Below are positions 1 through 14,900 of a DNA stretch of 64,000 nucleotides, in pieces (position 1 is the stretch's first letter; every line of letters starts with the position of its first letter). Under the pieces are notes generated by a model that ran no database searches, was not told the origin of the DNA, and worked only from the letters and a program-made list of their open reading frames with translations. Source of the DNA: a virus (lineage: Duplodnaviria; Heunggongvirae; Uroviricota; Caudoviricetes); the IMG/VR virus record IMGVR_UViG_3300021256_000003, positions 64,001 through 128,000 of that record. One strand, given 5' to 3'. Position numbers and translations under genes: made by a program.

Positions 1-3000
1 GCACTTATAGTAAATGCCTACGGGATAATATTTGTTCTGACATATCCGTTCAAATGAGGAACTGTAAGAATCATTCTTAACGGATTTGTACGTTCCATTA
101 CTTTATCATAATCGGCACAAGCCTACTATGCATAAGCAGGGTCTTCCATAAATCGAATAAAGTCAATAGGTTCTGCAGTATTTTCTTGATATTCCCCAGG
201 AACATAATTTAATTTATTTCTGTTATTAGTCATATTGACTGTCATTTCAGAAATAGTTTTAATAAATGTAGCGGCATCTTGAGGTTTGTTTTTAACTTCT
301 CTATTACTTGAACAAACTACACCGATAACACGCATTTCTTCGGCGCCTATTGCTAATTTCTTGAGGTCTCCTTTGACAGCTGCAGACGAGTTCCAAATCT
401 ATAAATCTCTTGAATATAGAGAAGTCCATTTCATCAAAGCTCGTAATCCATTGAAAAACTTTTGTTGTTCACTTAATTCTTCATCTGAATTTTGAGTTGC
501 TAAATACAAGTCATTATAAATATCATTAGATTTAATAGATTCTAGAATATCATTGAAATTAGGCTAAATAGCTAATGTATAGACAACTGCTTCAGGATTA
601 GTATAAACTTTACTTTGATTTCTCCAGCACTGTTTAATATATTCTCCTTTTAGCATAGCTGTTAAGATTTTATCTTGACGACTTGCGATATCGCCGTTAG
701 AGAATATAGCTTTACTGTTATCTTCATACCAATCAAAGAACGCTAGAGCCTGTTGATTATTTTGAACTCTATCTTTTATTAAGAATAGTTTACCGTTATT
801 TGTTATTAACTATAAAGCTTCTCCTAAATTTCTTCCAGAAAAACCTTGACTATTTATAACATCAGCTACTACAGCATTTAATCCAAGTTCATTTAGTAAA
901 TCAGTAATAGCATTGTCAACAACTTGTTGTTTTCTATTACCTCCTATTCTCATTCCCTTCGTATAACTATTATAATGAGATAAATACTTGCTAATATTAC
1001 CTTCTAAAACACTAATTGCTCCAATTGCATTTCTTTCAGAAGGCATACCATCATAAGTATTTTCTTCAGTATATTTAGATATTAATTGACCTTGTTCTGA
1101 ATTTATAACATTTACTAAACTTTCAGAATCAAATCCACAAGAAATACCATAGTCATACATACCAATCATAGCTTGTCCAGCATTAATTTTAGCTAAAGTC
1201 AAAGACTTAGCATTATCAACAGCTTCAGACAACATAGCAGCTGCAGTTTCATTAGAATTAGTTTCTAATAAACCGCTACTAAGAATACTATTTATAATAT
1301 TTCTATAAGCAGTATTATTTTGAGAAGATACTTTTGGATCTCCGGACAAGTTAATTGATTGCTCTGTAGTTTTATCATAAATATTATTTACAATTAAAAC
1401 TCTTCCGTTAGTTCTTCCTTTCAATGCGTCAAACTATGTAGGAGTTGCAATTGGAATAGCCTAAAGTTTTCCAGAATTAAGAATTAAGTCATAATAACAT
1501 TGAGTGAAAGCATTTACTTTAATAGCTACAGCTCCAATACCAACGCAGTTTTTACCAACCTATCCTTCACGAATACCTTTTTGTACTGAAAATGCAGATC
1601 CTGGAGCAGATTCTAGGTCTTGAGATGCACTTATTGACTATCCAGCTAGCTTCTGAATAACCTTTGTTGGGACGTCAATAGACACCATAGCTTCCGTAAT
1701 GTTAGAAGGAGATTTAATAACATTCTAAATACGAGTTAAAATGAAATTCTTAATCATATCCTACTTAATATCATTTGAAACTCGATTGATATAATTATTA
1801 TGAGTATTAATAATATCAAGTATTTTATACCCAAGCTCTTCAAGCTATCCTAGATTCATTACCTCTGAATTAATGCCTTCTCTAACAACAATTAAGCTAT
1901 TTGTTTCAGTATAATCAGTATTCTATCCAGTTCTTAAATTCAATCCATTTTCATTTACATCTTTAATAAGATTTGCTAAGGCTTCAATCTATTCAGGAGT
2001 ATTTCTCTTTAGTCTAACAACTAATTCTCCTTTAGAATTGATAGATACATCAAAAATACCTGTATTGGGATCAAATAGATTTCGATATTGAATAAAGAAA
2101 CTATCTTTATTATTATTCTAAATCATTTCACCAGCTTTACTTGTTGGAGCAGGTAATAGTTTAGATGCTTCTAATGTGCTTTTAGACTATAAATTAGCAT
2201 AAGGAGACCAAGCTATATATTTGCCATTCTTAAAAGCAGATCCTAATAGTGTTACAGTATCAATATCCAAGTCTGAACCCTCTAAGAAAAGCTAAAATGT
2301 AGAAACCATAGCTGTGTTAGCATCTCTCGAATCAAATCCAGCAACTTTCTATGTCATAAATGACTGTTGCGATTGTCCAGGAATACGCCCAGCAACCATA
2401 TTTAATGACTCCTCAAAAGATACATACATAGCCTTACCATCAGCAGCAATTTTATTTAATAGTTTAGCATATGGATGATCTTTTGAGTGATTTTTAACAG
2501 TTTCTAAAGTAATACTATTAAAGGCATTAGCTTGATTAGTTAAATCTTCGTACCAAGTAGAAGAAGATAAATCAACTCTTCCTAATTGCGAATTAGGTGA
2601 AGATTCTTTTATTCTTTCAATACTTGCTTGTAATTCTTCTTTAGTAGTTAAATCAACTCCAGTATTAATAATCGCTGCGGTATAAGTTAAATTGTCTAAA
2701 TAGAATCCAACATTTTTTGTGCAGATTATATTCTAACCTTCGTATTCAAAGATTTTATCACGATTAGATGATATATCAAATAGATGTTCGTTATTAAAAT
2801 CAACAGCTTCATAAGTACCATCATCGCGTTTAACCTTTCGTACATTACTGGTCTATTTTACTAACTTCTAAAGTTCTGGACTAGCAGTCTTTAACTATTC
2901 TTCGTCTAAAATATAATAATGCTGTCCGTTCGCAGTTTTAAGTATATATGTACATAATCCTTTAACTCCATCTTTTCCTAAAATAGATGTATATCCTGTC

Positions 3001-6000
3001 TAACGTAATCTATTAATAGCACGTTTTGTAAAGTAATCAGGATCTTCTAAAATTCTTTGTAGATTAGTATGATAATCTAAACCAAATTCTTTACGATAAA
3101 GTTTAGGAACAATTAGTTCATAGGGAATTATGTCAATACTTTTTACATCAACATTAATAGGACCGTCAGATGTATATACAGTTCTATTAGGACCAGTATA
3201 ACTTTTTGATAGCTTTAGTAAGTCATCCTACTATATAACTCTTAAATATGAGTTGGCAATCTCTAAAGTCATTTCGGCAAAATCAGGTTTACATAAGAGA
3301 CGCACTAATAATTGTTCAGTAGTTTCATTATTCGGATTAGGTAAATTACTTGCCATATTTACTAATGTTGTGTAATAATCCTAACCAATAGTTTGTCTAA
3401 CTCGATTTAAGAAATTATGAGTTTGTGCTCCTAATATACCGCTGGTAAGAATATTATAAAGAATTGCAGAATTAGTAGCAGCTATACCTTTAATACTTGC
3501 CAACTAAAATATTTTAGCAGTACTATCTAAATCAAAGATACAAAATTCTCTCAAACCATCACTTGATTTAAAACGAACATTATATGCTGCTAGTTCCCTC
3601 GGTTTTATTATATTTTCATATACTTTAGTTACTACTCTAGTTCCTTCAGGATTTAAAATAAGACGACGTAAATTATAATAGTCTTGTGGTGTATTAATTG
3701 TCTTTTCTTCAGAAATAATATTACCTTCTTCATCTACTTCGTCATATTCAATTATATAATTATGTTGAGTTTCAATATGAGAAATTTGATTCTTAATTGC
3801 CTATTGATTATTACCATCTCTTGTAATATCAAAGATTAATCGAGAACCGTTATTCTCTAAATCACCATTTCGTATAGCCTCTTGTTCTTTACGTAACTAA
3901 ACTTCTGGAGAATCAAATCCTTCAATAGGATCAAAATCTTCAACCTATTCATAATAGTCTAGAGTTTTATCTCCGTATAAAGGGGCAATGTGTCCAGGAG
4001 TAATAACTGCGAGTATACCAGCAAATTTCATTCTAATAGCATTTTTTGTTAAATGCGATGCTACTTTTGAAAATACTTGATTGTAAATAGAATTACTACT
4101 CCAGGCAACTTTACCAATAACATCAGCAGGCGTAATGACCTCTCCTGATTTATATTTATTGACTAAATCTCCCAAAACTTTCTTTAAAGCCTCATTATTT
4201 CCTTTAGTTTCAGTAATGTCTTTAAGGATTTGAAGAGCAATAGTTGTTTGAAGTTTTCCTTTATATCCAGGAACATTATCCAATAATTCTTTAACTCCAT
4301 CAATATAAGGATTTATAGCTAAATCAGTTAATGTAGATAATGCGTAATATATATCAATAGCATCATTCTAAGTAAATCCTCTATTGATACAGGCTTGAAT
4401 GATCTATGTAGGCATAGATACATCCTCATCGTCAGCCTCATGCTCCTTATCCAATTGAACGCCCAACTATCTTACATCGAATGAGAAGAAGTTTAATGGC
4501 ATATCAGTATATAAACAGTCAGATGGGTTAATATTAGTATAAGAGCTTTTAATAGCTCCCTTATTAGCTAAATACTAAATTTCAGAATATTTTAGAGGTT
4601 GATAAAAATCGTCTTGAGTTTTTATTTCAGGACTATCACTAATCTTCCATCCAACCTAGTTGATAGTTTCAACCATACGATGTATAGAATTTTCAGATGG
4701 AATAAGACGTCCGTTAGAACCTATTTCTAAAGAATTATACCCGCCAAATACTTCTGTAAAAATCCCCCAGTTAGTGTTAATATTAACTCTTCGTGTTTCA
4801 ACAACTCCTGTCGTAGCTATACCTGTAGAATTTACTAATACTTCCTGAATTTCAAATTCGCCAGTCAGTTGACCATTTTCATTAGTAATAGGCATTACAT
4901 TCTCTAATTTATAGTAATGTACTTTACCATTTTGTTCACGAGAATAATACACATCACCGTGATTAATTTTATTTCCTGTAATACCATTTCTAGTAAAATC
5001 AACTATAATTCGATTTCCATTCTAGTCAATCCAAGGAATATTAGTCATATTTTTCTGAGCTTGTCTATAAACACCATACTTTCTCATACGGTCATTAGTA
5101 CAAGCAAAAGAAGCAGTTTTAACTGTACCAGCAGCAGCAAGATTTTCGAAGTAGAATGTACCAAAAGGTTTAGTATCAAGACCTACAGCTTCTCCCTCAA
5201 GAGAGTTATTGTTAAGGTAAGCATCCCAACCATTGCCAATCATACTACCGTCAAGAGGAGTATGAGTTCCAACAAATCCCATAGGATTATATACAGAACT
5301 TTCAATATCATCCATGATAGCAATACGACAAGTTCTTGCACATCCGTTTAGAACATTTGGTAAATATGTATGAATAGTAGCAGTTAATGCATTATTACGT
5401 TTATTATAAGCATTCCATCCGCTTCCTTCCAGTTCAATAGCATTCTCACCTTTTTTAGATTTATGATAAACATGTGAACCTACCGTAGTTAAATCCCATT
5501 GTTGAGTAAATAAATAATGAAGTCTATTCATTTTAGATAACATAGGATGTATCTCTATAGCAACATCGGGAAATCCTTGATACTGTTCTAAATCATAAGC
5601 TGTAGTAATTTCATATTCTTCTCCGTCCATAGCAATTGCCTTTGCAATTATCATTTCGCCTTCTTCATTTACCCAATTTGGAAATTGAGTACGTAAGAAA
5701 ATTGCTTCGGGAGAATCAGTATTAGTTGCAGAGTTAGCAAGATTTACTTTAAAATTAGAATTTAATAAATCTCTTGCGGTTAGAATATCCTTCATTCTGA
5801 AAAACTCAGAAGTAGTACTCTAATGATCCACAAAAATAACTCTAGAATCTCTATTATTAGGATCAGATTTTAAAATGTTTATTGCTGTAGGATTAAATCT
5901 TCCATACAAAGATGTTAAAGTAATATTTGGAATTAATAATCCGTTATCATTAAATTTATAATGTAACTCTTCACCCAGTTGTAATGGATTATTTAAATGA

Positions 6001-8975
6001 CTTTGATTATAGTCTCTAGTTAGCATCCATAATCCAGTTTGAATAGCATTTTTACTTTTCTTAGAATAAGCAGCTAAACTTGAATTTGGATTTTGAGAAC
6101 ATTGAACAAAATAATCAGAAAGAAAGTTTAAAAGTATTCTATTTTTAATAACAGGGTTTAATGTATTGTAGTTAGATGGAATCATGTATCTTAATTCCTC
6201 TATACTCTAACCAAATAATCTTTCTCCATTATCCCGTAAATATCTAACAGCAGTCTATAAATCTGTTGCTAAATTATTCCAAATATTTTCATAAACAGGC
6301 CCAAAGGTTTTTATAATAACCTCATTTAATTCATCATCTGTTAAGTCTTTATAAGCTTTTCCAGTAGTCTGTTCTATAGTATTTAAATTGATAAGTAGTT
6401 TATCAATTTGTGGCTTATCTGAATTAACAGTAGGAATAAATCCAACAATACCATTTCTAATAGTATCATATTGATATCTATCATCAACTGCTGCAGTTCT
6501 AGCGTATCCTGCAACAAAATCATTCAAGAAAGCATATTGGAATCCTTCACCGCCGGTAAATGATATAGATTTTTTAGCTGTGTCAGTACTCTTAAATTCC
6601 TTTGCTACTACAGGTTTTAAGAAAAGACTTCTATCATTAATAATATTTAATGATTTTGTAGCTGATGTTTCTTTATTACACTAATCAGTAATTTGTGCAA
6701 GAGCATTACTTTTCAATGTGCTCAACATATAATTTGATACATCAGTTCCCTCACCAGTACGTACTCTAGCAGAAGCAGCAGTACCTTTTAGAATCATATT
6801 TACTTCTGCGAGTTTGTCTACATAAGCTCTATCTTTAGTTCCGAGTATAGAAATAGTACCATAGTTTTGGTTAAATCTTACATCAGATTGTCTAAATTGA
6901 GTAAGCATAATTCTTCTACACGAATCATATGTTCTAGAAGTATTAAGAGTTTTTAATGCTTGAGGTAAGATTTTATTATTATAGTATAAATTAAACAAAG
7001 CACGCCCAGCAACTTTAGTTAATGTACGTACAGCCTCAGATGATTGATTTTTATGTACTTCAAGTAATATTGATTTAAATTCAGGATCTGCGTTTAAATC
7101 AATACCTAAAACCTACATAACAAAATTATTTAATTTATCGTTAGCAGTTTTATGTAGAGAATCATTTCTAAACCATGAAATTCCTTGAGGAATAATTGGC
7201 ACTTGAGCTCCTTCTGGAGTAACTTCAATTGTAATACTAGGACCATCAAGGTTTCCACTTATAGGAATACTAATTGAAAGATTTTGTAAAACTTCAATTG
7301 ACTAATTACTACCTTCTAATGTAACTGCTTTTAATTTGGGTGTTACTTGAACACCAGAATTACGTATAATATCGTCAAAATGATTAGAATCAAAAGCATT
7401 ACTTTGTTCATTAATTCTATTAATTACTGCTTCTTCTTCACGATATTTTGCATAATCAATAAGAGATCTTACACGTTTAATACCATTATCATCCTCATAA
7501 ATTTGACTATAATCAACACCAAATAGAGAATTAGCTAATTGAACAATCGTAGAATACGGTCCATAAGATTTAACATCTTCACAGATTCTTAAAATAGAAC
7601 GATCTCCTTGTCCAAAAATCTCTTTATCGATAGTCCAAATTATATTTTTAGTAAATGGTGATATATTCAAAGATGCTTGACTACTAATTTCAGAATGCGC
7701 TAAAATTTCTACAATATACTGAAAATTTCTAAACGGGTCTTGAGAGATTTTTGCAGCTAATTCGCCAAGTGTCATATTTGGATTTCGGTTGATAAAATTT
7801 CGAGTAGATTGAGAAATTGCTTCTTTTTCTCCAACATTAAATGTTAAATTACCAAGCGATCCAAATTCTGTCCAAGCAGTAGGATTATAAGCTAAGTCTT
7901 TAATAGAACTAATTGCAGAATTAAACTAAGCAAATGATAAATTTTGATTAGTTAGTGGAATATTTGATCTCCATCTATAAAGATGAGAAGATTCAATAAG
8001 ATGCACAGTTACTGATGAAACTAAATCAGCAACATCTTCTACATCATCTCCGAATTTATTACTCCACATATTAGTAGCTGTTGTTATATATCTATATTTC
8101 TAATTGGAATTATGAAATTTATTTATATAACGTGGATCGATTGTAACTACATTACCTATAATCTATTGAATACAGGTATCGAAGTTAGTTAATAAAACAT
8201 AGGCATTATAAGCATCCAGATACTTTTTAGCATTCTCATCACCACTCAAATAATCATTATATTTAATAGTAAGCTAATCGTGAAATTCTCTTTTCATTGA
8301 TTCAGCATCGTTCGGATTTGTTTCATTTTCCCAAACAGCGAATTCAATTGATGCTCTATCCATCAAATCAGCAATACTACGATAACGTCCTGTATTTTCA
8401 TCAAATGGATGTGTAGGTACAACATTTAAATATGAAGCTAATCTATCTGCCAATATATTTTGATAAGCCTTTACATTCATATTTAAACTTTTCGTATCTT
8501 CTGCCAATCGTCTTTCAGGATTACTACGATTAACTAGTAAAGTATCAACAAGTTCTTCTCTAGCTTGGTGTAAAAAGTAATGTCTTGCTAAAGAAATACC
8601 ATACCTATCTTCTAAAAAATCTTCTGTTACTACGCTTTTCCGAGCATTTAAATCCTGTTCATCAAAACCTTCTGCAGCTACTTTGCCATCAATCTAGGCA
8701 GCTAATGCAATATCGCTTACAAAAGCTGCCTAAATATCAGGTAAAATGGCACCAAGTTCTTGACCAGCTTTAGTCTATTTATAACGATTATAAATATCAA
8801 CAAGACTGTTCTAGACTTCAGCACTACTATTATTAAGGTAGATTTGTTGAACTCCTTTTAAGAAAAAATTCTTACGTTCTTCTATCGGAAGGGACTTTTT
8901 CAAACCTACCTTAACAAGTAGCTAAGTAAAGGCTTTTTCTGATGATTGAGGTGTCTAACAATTTACAGTAGCCAT
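1..8975 (-). CDS. Virion-packaged multisubunit-type (double-psi beta-barrel) RNA polymerase, >2990 aa, 3' end outside window (code 15)
   Basis: ATG at 8973-8975 (MATVNCQ...). Track fragments 8274, 7302, 6681, 6255, 5820, 5022, 4656, 3945, 810 and 126 share one frame and each ends at TAG. Catalytic motif GSDLDID (DxDxD) at 2259-2279 is preceded by RIPGQSQQSFM, typical of crAss-like vRNAP. The frame stays open to position 1. Confidence 0.88.
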
Positions 8976-8983
8976 ATATATTA

Positions 8984-11900
8984 TTATAATTTTATTGTGT
9001 AGTTATAGATAGAACAAGTAAAGTTATCTTCATTAGAGGTAGTATCAGTAATTTCCCAAGGAAGATTAATACTATCATCTTCAAAAATACCACTTAACAT
9101 TTCATCATTTTCTATAACTTCTTTTATCTAAGCTTTGATAGTTTCAAAATCTAAATCATTATTATTAAATATATTCCTTAATTGAGTCACTGACTCTTCT
9201 GAAATTCCTTCGCATAAAGTCATTAATTCTTCAAAGGAATCACTATAAAATTCTTTAGGTTGAGAACTAACTGGTTCTGATGAACTATGTTCTTCGGCAA
9301 AAGCATCCAATTCGAGAGTTAAAAGAGTTCCATCTGCGCTTAATGTTGCATTTATAGTCTTCTATTCTTTTGTAGATGGATTTTGTAAAACAATTCGATA
9401 TAAATTAGTATTTTCAATAACCGAACAAGACAACGTATTCCATCCTGTAATAGCTTTAACCTAAGGAATATCAGCAGATTCGCCGTTTAAAAGATTTGTT
9501 AATATGAGAGAATGTTTCAAACCTTGCGTAATTGGAACTGCGATATTATTTGGATAGTTATGCCAAATATTTGCAATTTCTTGTAGATATTCAACTTCTC
9601 CAATATTATCAGGAATCTACTCTAATCTTTCTCTAGTATAGTCATCTTTTGGTAATTTTCCAAGCAGATTACCATAAGTTTTCGAGTATTGCTATTTAGG
9701 AGTCTATATTGTTTGTGGTTGAGGTGTAGGTTGAGAAATAGTTGAAGACTACTATTTAAATGCAGCAGTTTCTGCTACTTCATACCAATCGTTGACAGTA
9801 GATTGAGTATATTGATATAATGGTCCATTCTAATTAACACCTTGTAAAAACGAATATATAAATCCAGAATTAATAAATGCATTTGTCAAATCAAATCTCG
9901 GAGTAGTAATTTTTCCAAAAATACTAAATTCCTAATTCGATGGTAAACCTTCAATAATAAAACGATTTTTAGGATCAGAAACATTATTTACTTTAACTAA
10001 ATGTCCATATCCAGCAATAGTATTACCTAGTTGAAGATTTGATGCGTATAATCTCGGATGTGTTAAAATTCCAGTAATTCCTTCTTGTTTTGCAATAGAA
10101 TCAAGTACTGAAATGGCATTAACATCTATCACACTATCATTTCCTTGATGTACTACAAACATAGATTGAAGAGCTTTATTTAAAGCATAACCAGCAGTAA
10201 ACGATTGTTTAAATGATCTATCTTGACTAATTTGAATAACATTTTCTACAAATTCATTTAATAAACTGTTTTCAAGTTTAACTAACTGATGATTTACTGT
10301 ATAATTGTTAGGAACTCTAGGATTATCCTATAATATTTTTTCTTCTTTTTGTAAAATATTTTCTATAAGATCATAAGATACTAAAGAACCTATTTTTAGA
10401 CGTTCTAACAATCTATTAACTTCGGGATTACTTCTATTCTTATATAATGCATACAGAAGTCTTAACGGAGTCATTTTATTTCCATAAGGATTAACAACTT
10501 TGGCACCATCTTTACTCTGTTTCCATACTTTCATCTATTCTTGCATATATTCTTGAATAGATACTTGAGGAGGAGTAACATAAACTAGTTTAATAGTAGG
10601 ATGTGGATTATTAGTTGAAATTTGCTTTAAATAATCTGACATCATTAGTTCAGTATTAGCAACTTGAGTATCATTAGAATATTTAGGATCAGAAGAAACT
10701 AATACAAACGGGTATGAAGGAGAAGCTATGTTATGTAATCCAGTAGAATCTTCCCAAGTTTCATTCATTGATTCCATTACATGTGAAATATGAATTCCTT
10801 GAGTTTTCTATAGATCAGAGAGACTTGTATATTCTCCATTATATAAAATATAACGTCCACTTAAAGTTCCTCCATTAACTTCAGACTAATCACGTTGTTT
10901 AATAATAGGATTACCTAAATTAGTACTCTGTGTTGCTAAATTCCATGGATTTGTTTGATCCCCCAAACGCACAACAATATTACTTGTGACTCTCCACAAA
11001 TAACATAATTGAGCCAAATTAGCAAATCCTGGTTTATTAATATTAGTAAGTGTTCTTTGAATTATTTCTAATTTAGAAGTTATAGGTAAATTCTAAGATA
11101 CTAGACTATTCCAAGTAATTGCTACAGGATGAGTTGGATTATCATGGGCAAATTTATATAATAGTGTTAATGGATTACTTAAAGATACGCAAGGTATTTC
11201 TAAGAATGGTACATTATTTGCATCACTTAATATAAGACTAATTGAATGTAGAGGAACAGTTTTACCTCTATTATATCTTGAAAATCTTCCAGTGTTTGTA
11301 GAAATACTGTCATTACTTCTAACAATAAAATTCCAAGATAAATTTAGAGTAGTATTAGTATTAATTTCTTGAACTCCTGCATTGTTTAGAATAGTCTTAA
11401 TTTTATCAAGAAGAATAGCGTTATCTTTTTCATAATAAGCTACCTATTCTAATTTACTCATTACATCTTGAATGACGGCTCTATTATTAAATACAGAAGG
11501 ACTTAAACGATGTAAACCATAAGTTCCATCAATACGATATGAATTACGTAAATTTTGAGAAATTACATTCCCTGCATTGTCAAACTCAATTCCTGTTTCT
11601 CCAAGATCTCTTACATTGAAACTTTCTGAACCAAGAGTCCAAGCTATATCACCTGTATCAGTTAAAGTGATATCTCCGAAGGTTTCATCAGGTAATTCAT
11701 CTAATGTAATATCATTATAAGTAAATCCAGTACCTTCAATTGCTTCTGCTTCAGTTGTAGGAGGAATTATATCAGAATTAGTTTCTTGATAATCTTGTAA
11801 TCCAAAAATATCATTTTCTGAAACGGTAATCGTCTACTTCGTTTTTGCATTTTCTAACACATAATTAATCTCATTATCATTAATTATAACTTGATTAATT

Positions 11901-14900
11901 TTATATAAATCAGAAACTTCGTCTGAACTGTTTACCTTTAAAGTTACATATTGACCTTCGATGTATAAAGGATTATTTATCGAAGTAGTATAATTTGATA
12001 AAACAGAATCGATAGATTCTTCACGAGTTTCAGAAGTAATAGTACCATCAGCTTCATCTCTATTAGTAGATAATGTTACTGAATCATCTGTCACTGTAAC
12101 TATTTCTGAACTTTCTCCGTCTTGATTATAGATAGTTGTTCCAGGCTATAAGTTTTCCGGAGTTAATTCATTCTGACCAACTGGCTGTGCAGGAATTAAT
12201 GAATAAGTATGTTCAGACTCAGAAACATTATTTGATTCTGAAGAACTAGGTGTAGCAAATTCAGTTTTTCTATCTCTTTTATAGAAAGTTAATTTGGTAG
12301 GCTATAAATTGTAGCCTTCAAGTGATTGAAGAACACTCTTCTTATAACGCTCTATACCTTTAGCAGTAAAAGCTTCACGTATAACTTCATTTTCTACAGG
12401 ACTGTTAGAAACATCAAATAATGTATTAGATGTTCCGGGAGTAACTATCAATGAAAATTGTTCTGCACGAGAAGCTCCTGTATAAATAGTTTTAAAATAT
12501 GTGTCTGTTTTAATAGTAGAATCTGATTCTACAGGAGGAAATGCCTCAACAACATAATACCTTGCTTCGAAACCTTGTGCTTTCTATACAGGTTCAGGCT
12601 CCATAAAATACTATTTATAAGTAGCAGAACTAATTAGTTGTGAAAGCTTAGAATTAGAATCACTCTATATAAATCCTATTTTCTCATTAGGTCTTAAAGT
12701 AGCTACCATTTTGTCAATAGTTACTTTAATTTTTGCAATCTCGGCGTCAGTTTGTTTATCAGAATCAATTGTAGAAATTACCTAATCACCAAATAAGCCT
12801 TCGGAAGTTTCAGCATAACGTAATTTAACAGTTTGATGCGATGGACTATTCTAAAACTACATGTGATAAGCCTACATTGCCTGTAAGTTAGCAGATTTCT
12901 GTCCATTATCAGTTCTCATACTTACACCTAATTTTAAACCATAAGGATGAGAACGTCTATCACCATTTAATATATGAGTAACCTTCTAACCGTTATTATA
13001 GTTTGCAAGAGGTCCAGTTTGATCATAATCGCCAGTAGCAATAATTTGAATTCCATAAGCTCTAGCAAAACGATTAAGCGCTGCAGCTTCTGGTTGAGTA
13101 TATTGTGACCATTCATCAATAAATATTATTGCTGGAAGATCATCTTCGCTAAGTGCAACTTGTTGCCAAGATGGATTAAATCCATACTTGGTCATTGTAC
13201 CATGTGTACCTTCAACATATTCATAAGATAATTCATTTCTACCACTACGAGTATCCCAATCTGTAAAAATGTATTTTAATAAAGAGTCGTGATCAAAAGT
13301 TTCAATTCGATTCTTTAATTCATCAGAAATATCAAATTTATTAGCTATTCTTCTAGCATTTTCACGAGTAGTTTGAGCTAACCAGAATTTTTTATTTGCA
13401 AATTCTTCTGGCATATTTTGCTGCAAAACTTGAAAAATAGTATTTAATACTGCAAATGTTTTACCGCTTCCAGGGATACCCTCTATAAATAATATATTAG
13501 GAAAGTTCGGCATAATATCATGCTTTAATATATTATCTACTTCAGTTCCAGAAACCGCGTCTTGAGCATTAATTTCGGAAGCAATATTACGTCTACTATC
13601 TTCACTCATATCTTTCCACGAGTCATAAATAGCATCACGTGAGGCTTTTGCAAAAGTTGAAAATACATTGCCGTTATATATTGCAGCAATTCCACTATAA
13701 ATACTTAATTCTTGAGTTGGAATAGGTGCAAGATCTTCATGTTGATTATTGAGTACATCTTTATATACACTATAAAAATCAGAAGCTCGTAATGCTGCAT
13801 TACTTGCTAGCCACCACATGAAAATAGTATCACCTACCTGTTCAGTATCTTTAGTAAGAATTTCAGTTTTCTTATTAAACCAACTAAATGGTCTAAGTAA
13901 CTCTTTTAAAGCATTTGAATTACTAAGTAATGTTGGATTTTCAGAGAAAAAGTCGTAAATAGCATTTTGTAAAGTAAAAGCTTCTTGATTTAATTTATTT
14001 CTCTCGTCTTGAGTTAAATCGAATTTTCTATCTTTTACATCAGCATTGGATCCCTTCTCGTGAATATCCATAGAAGTCAATGCTTCTTTTAATTTTGCTA
14101 AAGATTCAAGAGTTACATACTTCTTAATTTCAGAATCGGGTTTAGACATCTAATCATCTAAATCAGTAATAAATTTCTACATTCTATTATAGAATATATA
14201 GTTTTTATTAATAGATGTATGATTCTGAAGATTTAACTTATTACCAGAATTTAATGCATTTATTTGCTATATTACTTCAAGTCTATTAATTGCACTATTA
14301 ATATCAATTAAAGCTAATTGAGCAGTCTATTCATCAATTTCAACAAACTTTTCAGATTTTTGCCAAGGAGTTTTACCTACAGCATTCATAGTTCTAGTAT
14401 TACCAGACAAATTGTCAATATCCATATTATCATGCTATGAACCTGCAATAATTGACCTGAATAACTTTAAAACTTTAATTGCTTCATCAAAATCAGATAC
14501 AGTTTTTGAATTTAAAAATAAATTATAAAGACCTGTTTCATTAGAATTTTCTTGATTGATAGCTGCCTCAATAAGAGATACAACATTAGATTTAGTATCC
14601 AAATTAACCACAAACTGCTCCAACATTGAAATTAATGGAGTATAAGGTAAATTTTGAATCTATTTTAATTTTTCAGATAGCAAATTGCTCTTTTCTTCTA
14701 ACGAATAGGCAAGATCGTCATCTATAGTGTTTGCAGAATATTCAGATAGACTATGCTATGCAGCATTTACAATTTTTTCTAGATTATGTTTTACTTCTGG
14801 ATGTATGAATTTAACATTATTGATAAAATCATCAAGTAAAGTATCTAAAGGTTCAATAATATCATCATAAATTAAATTATACTTAGCAAATACTTTATCT

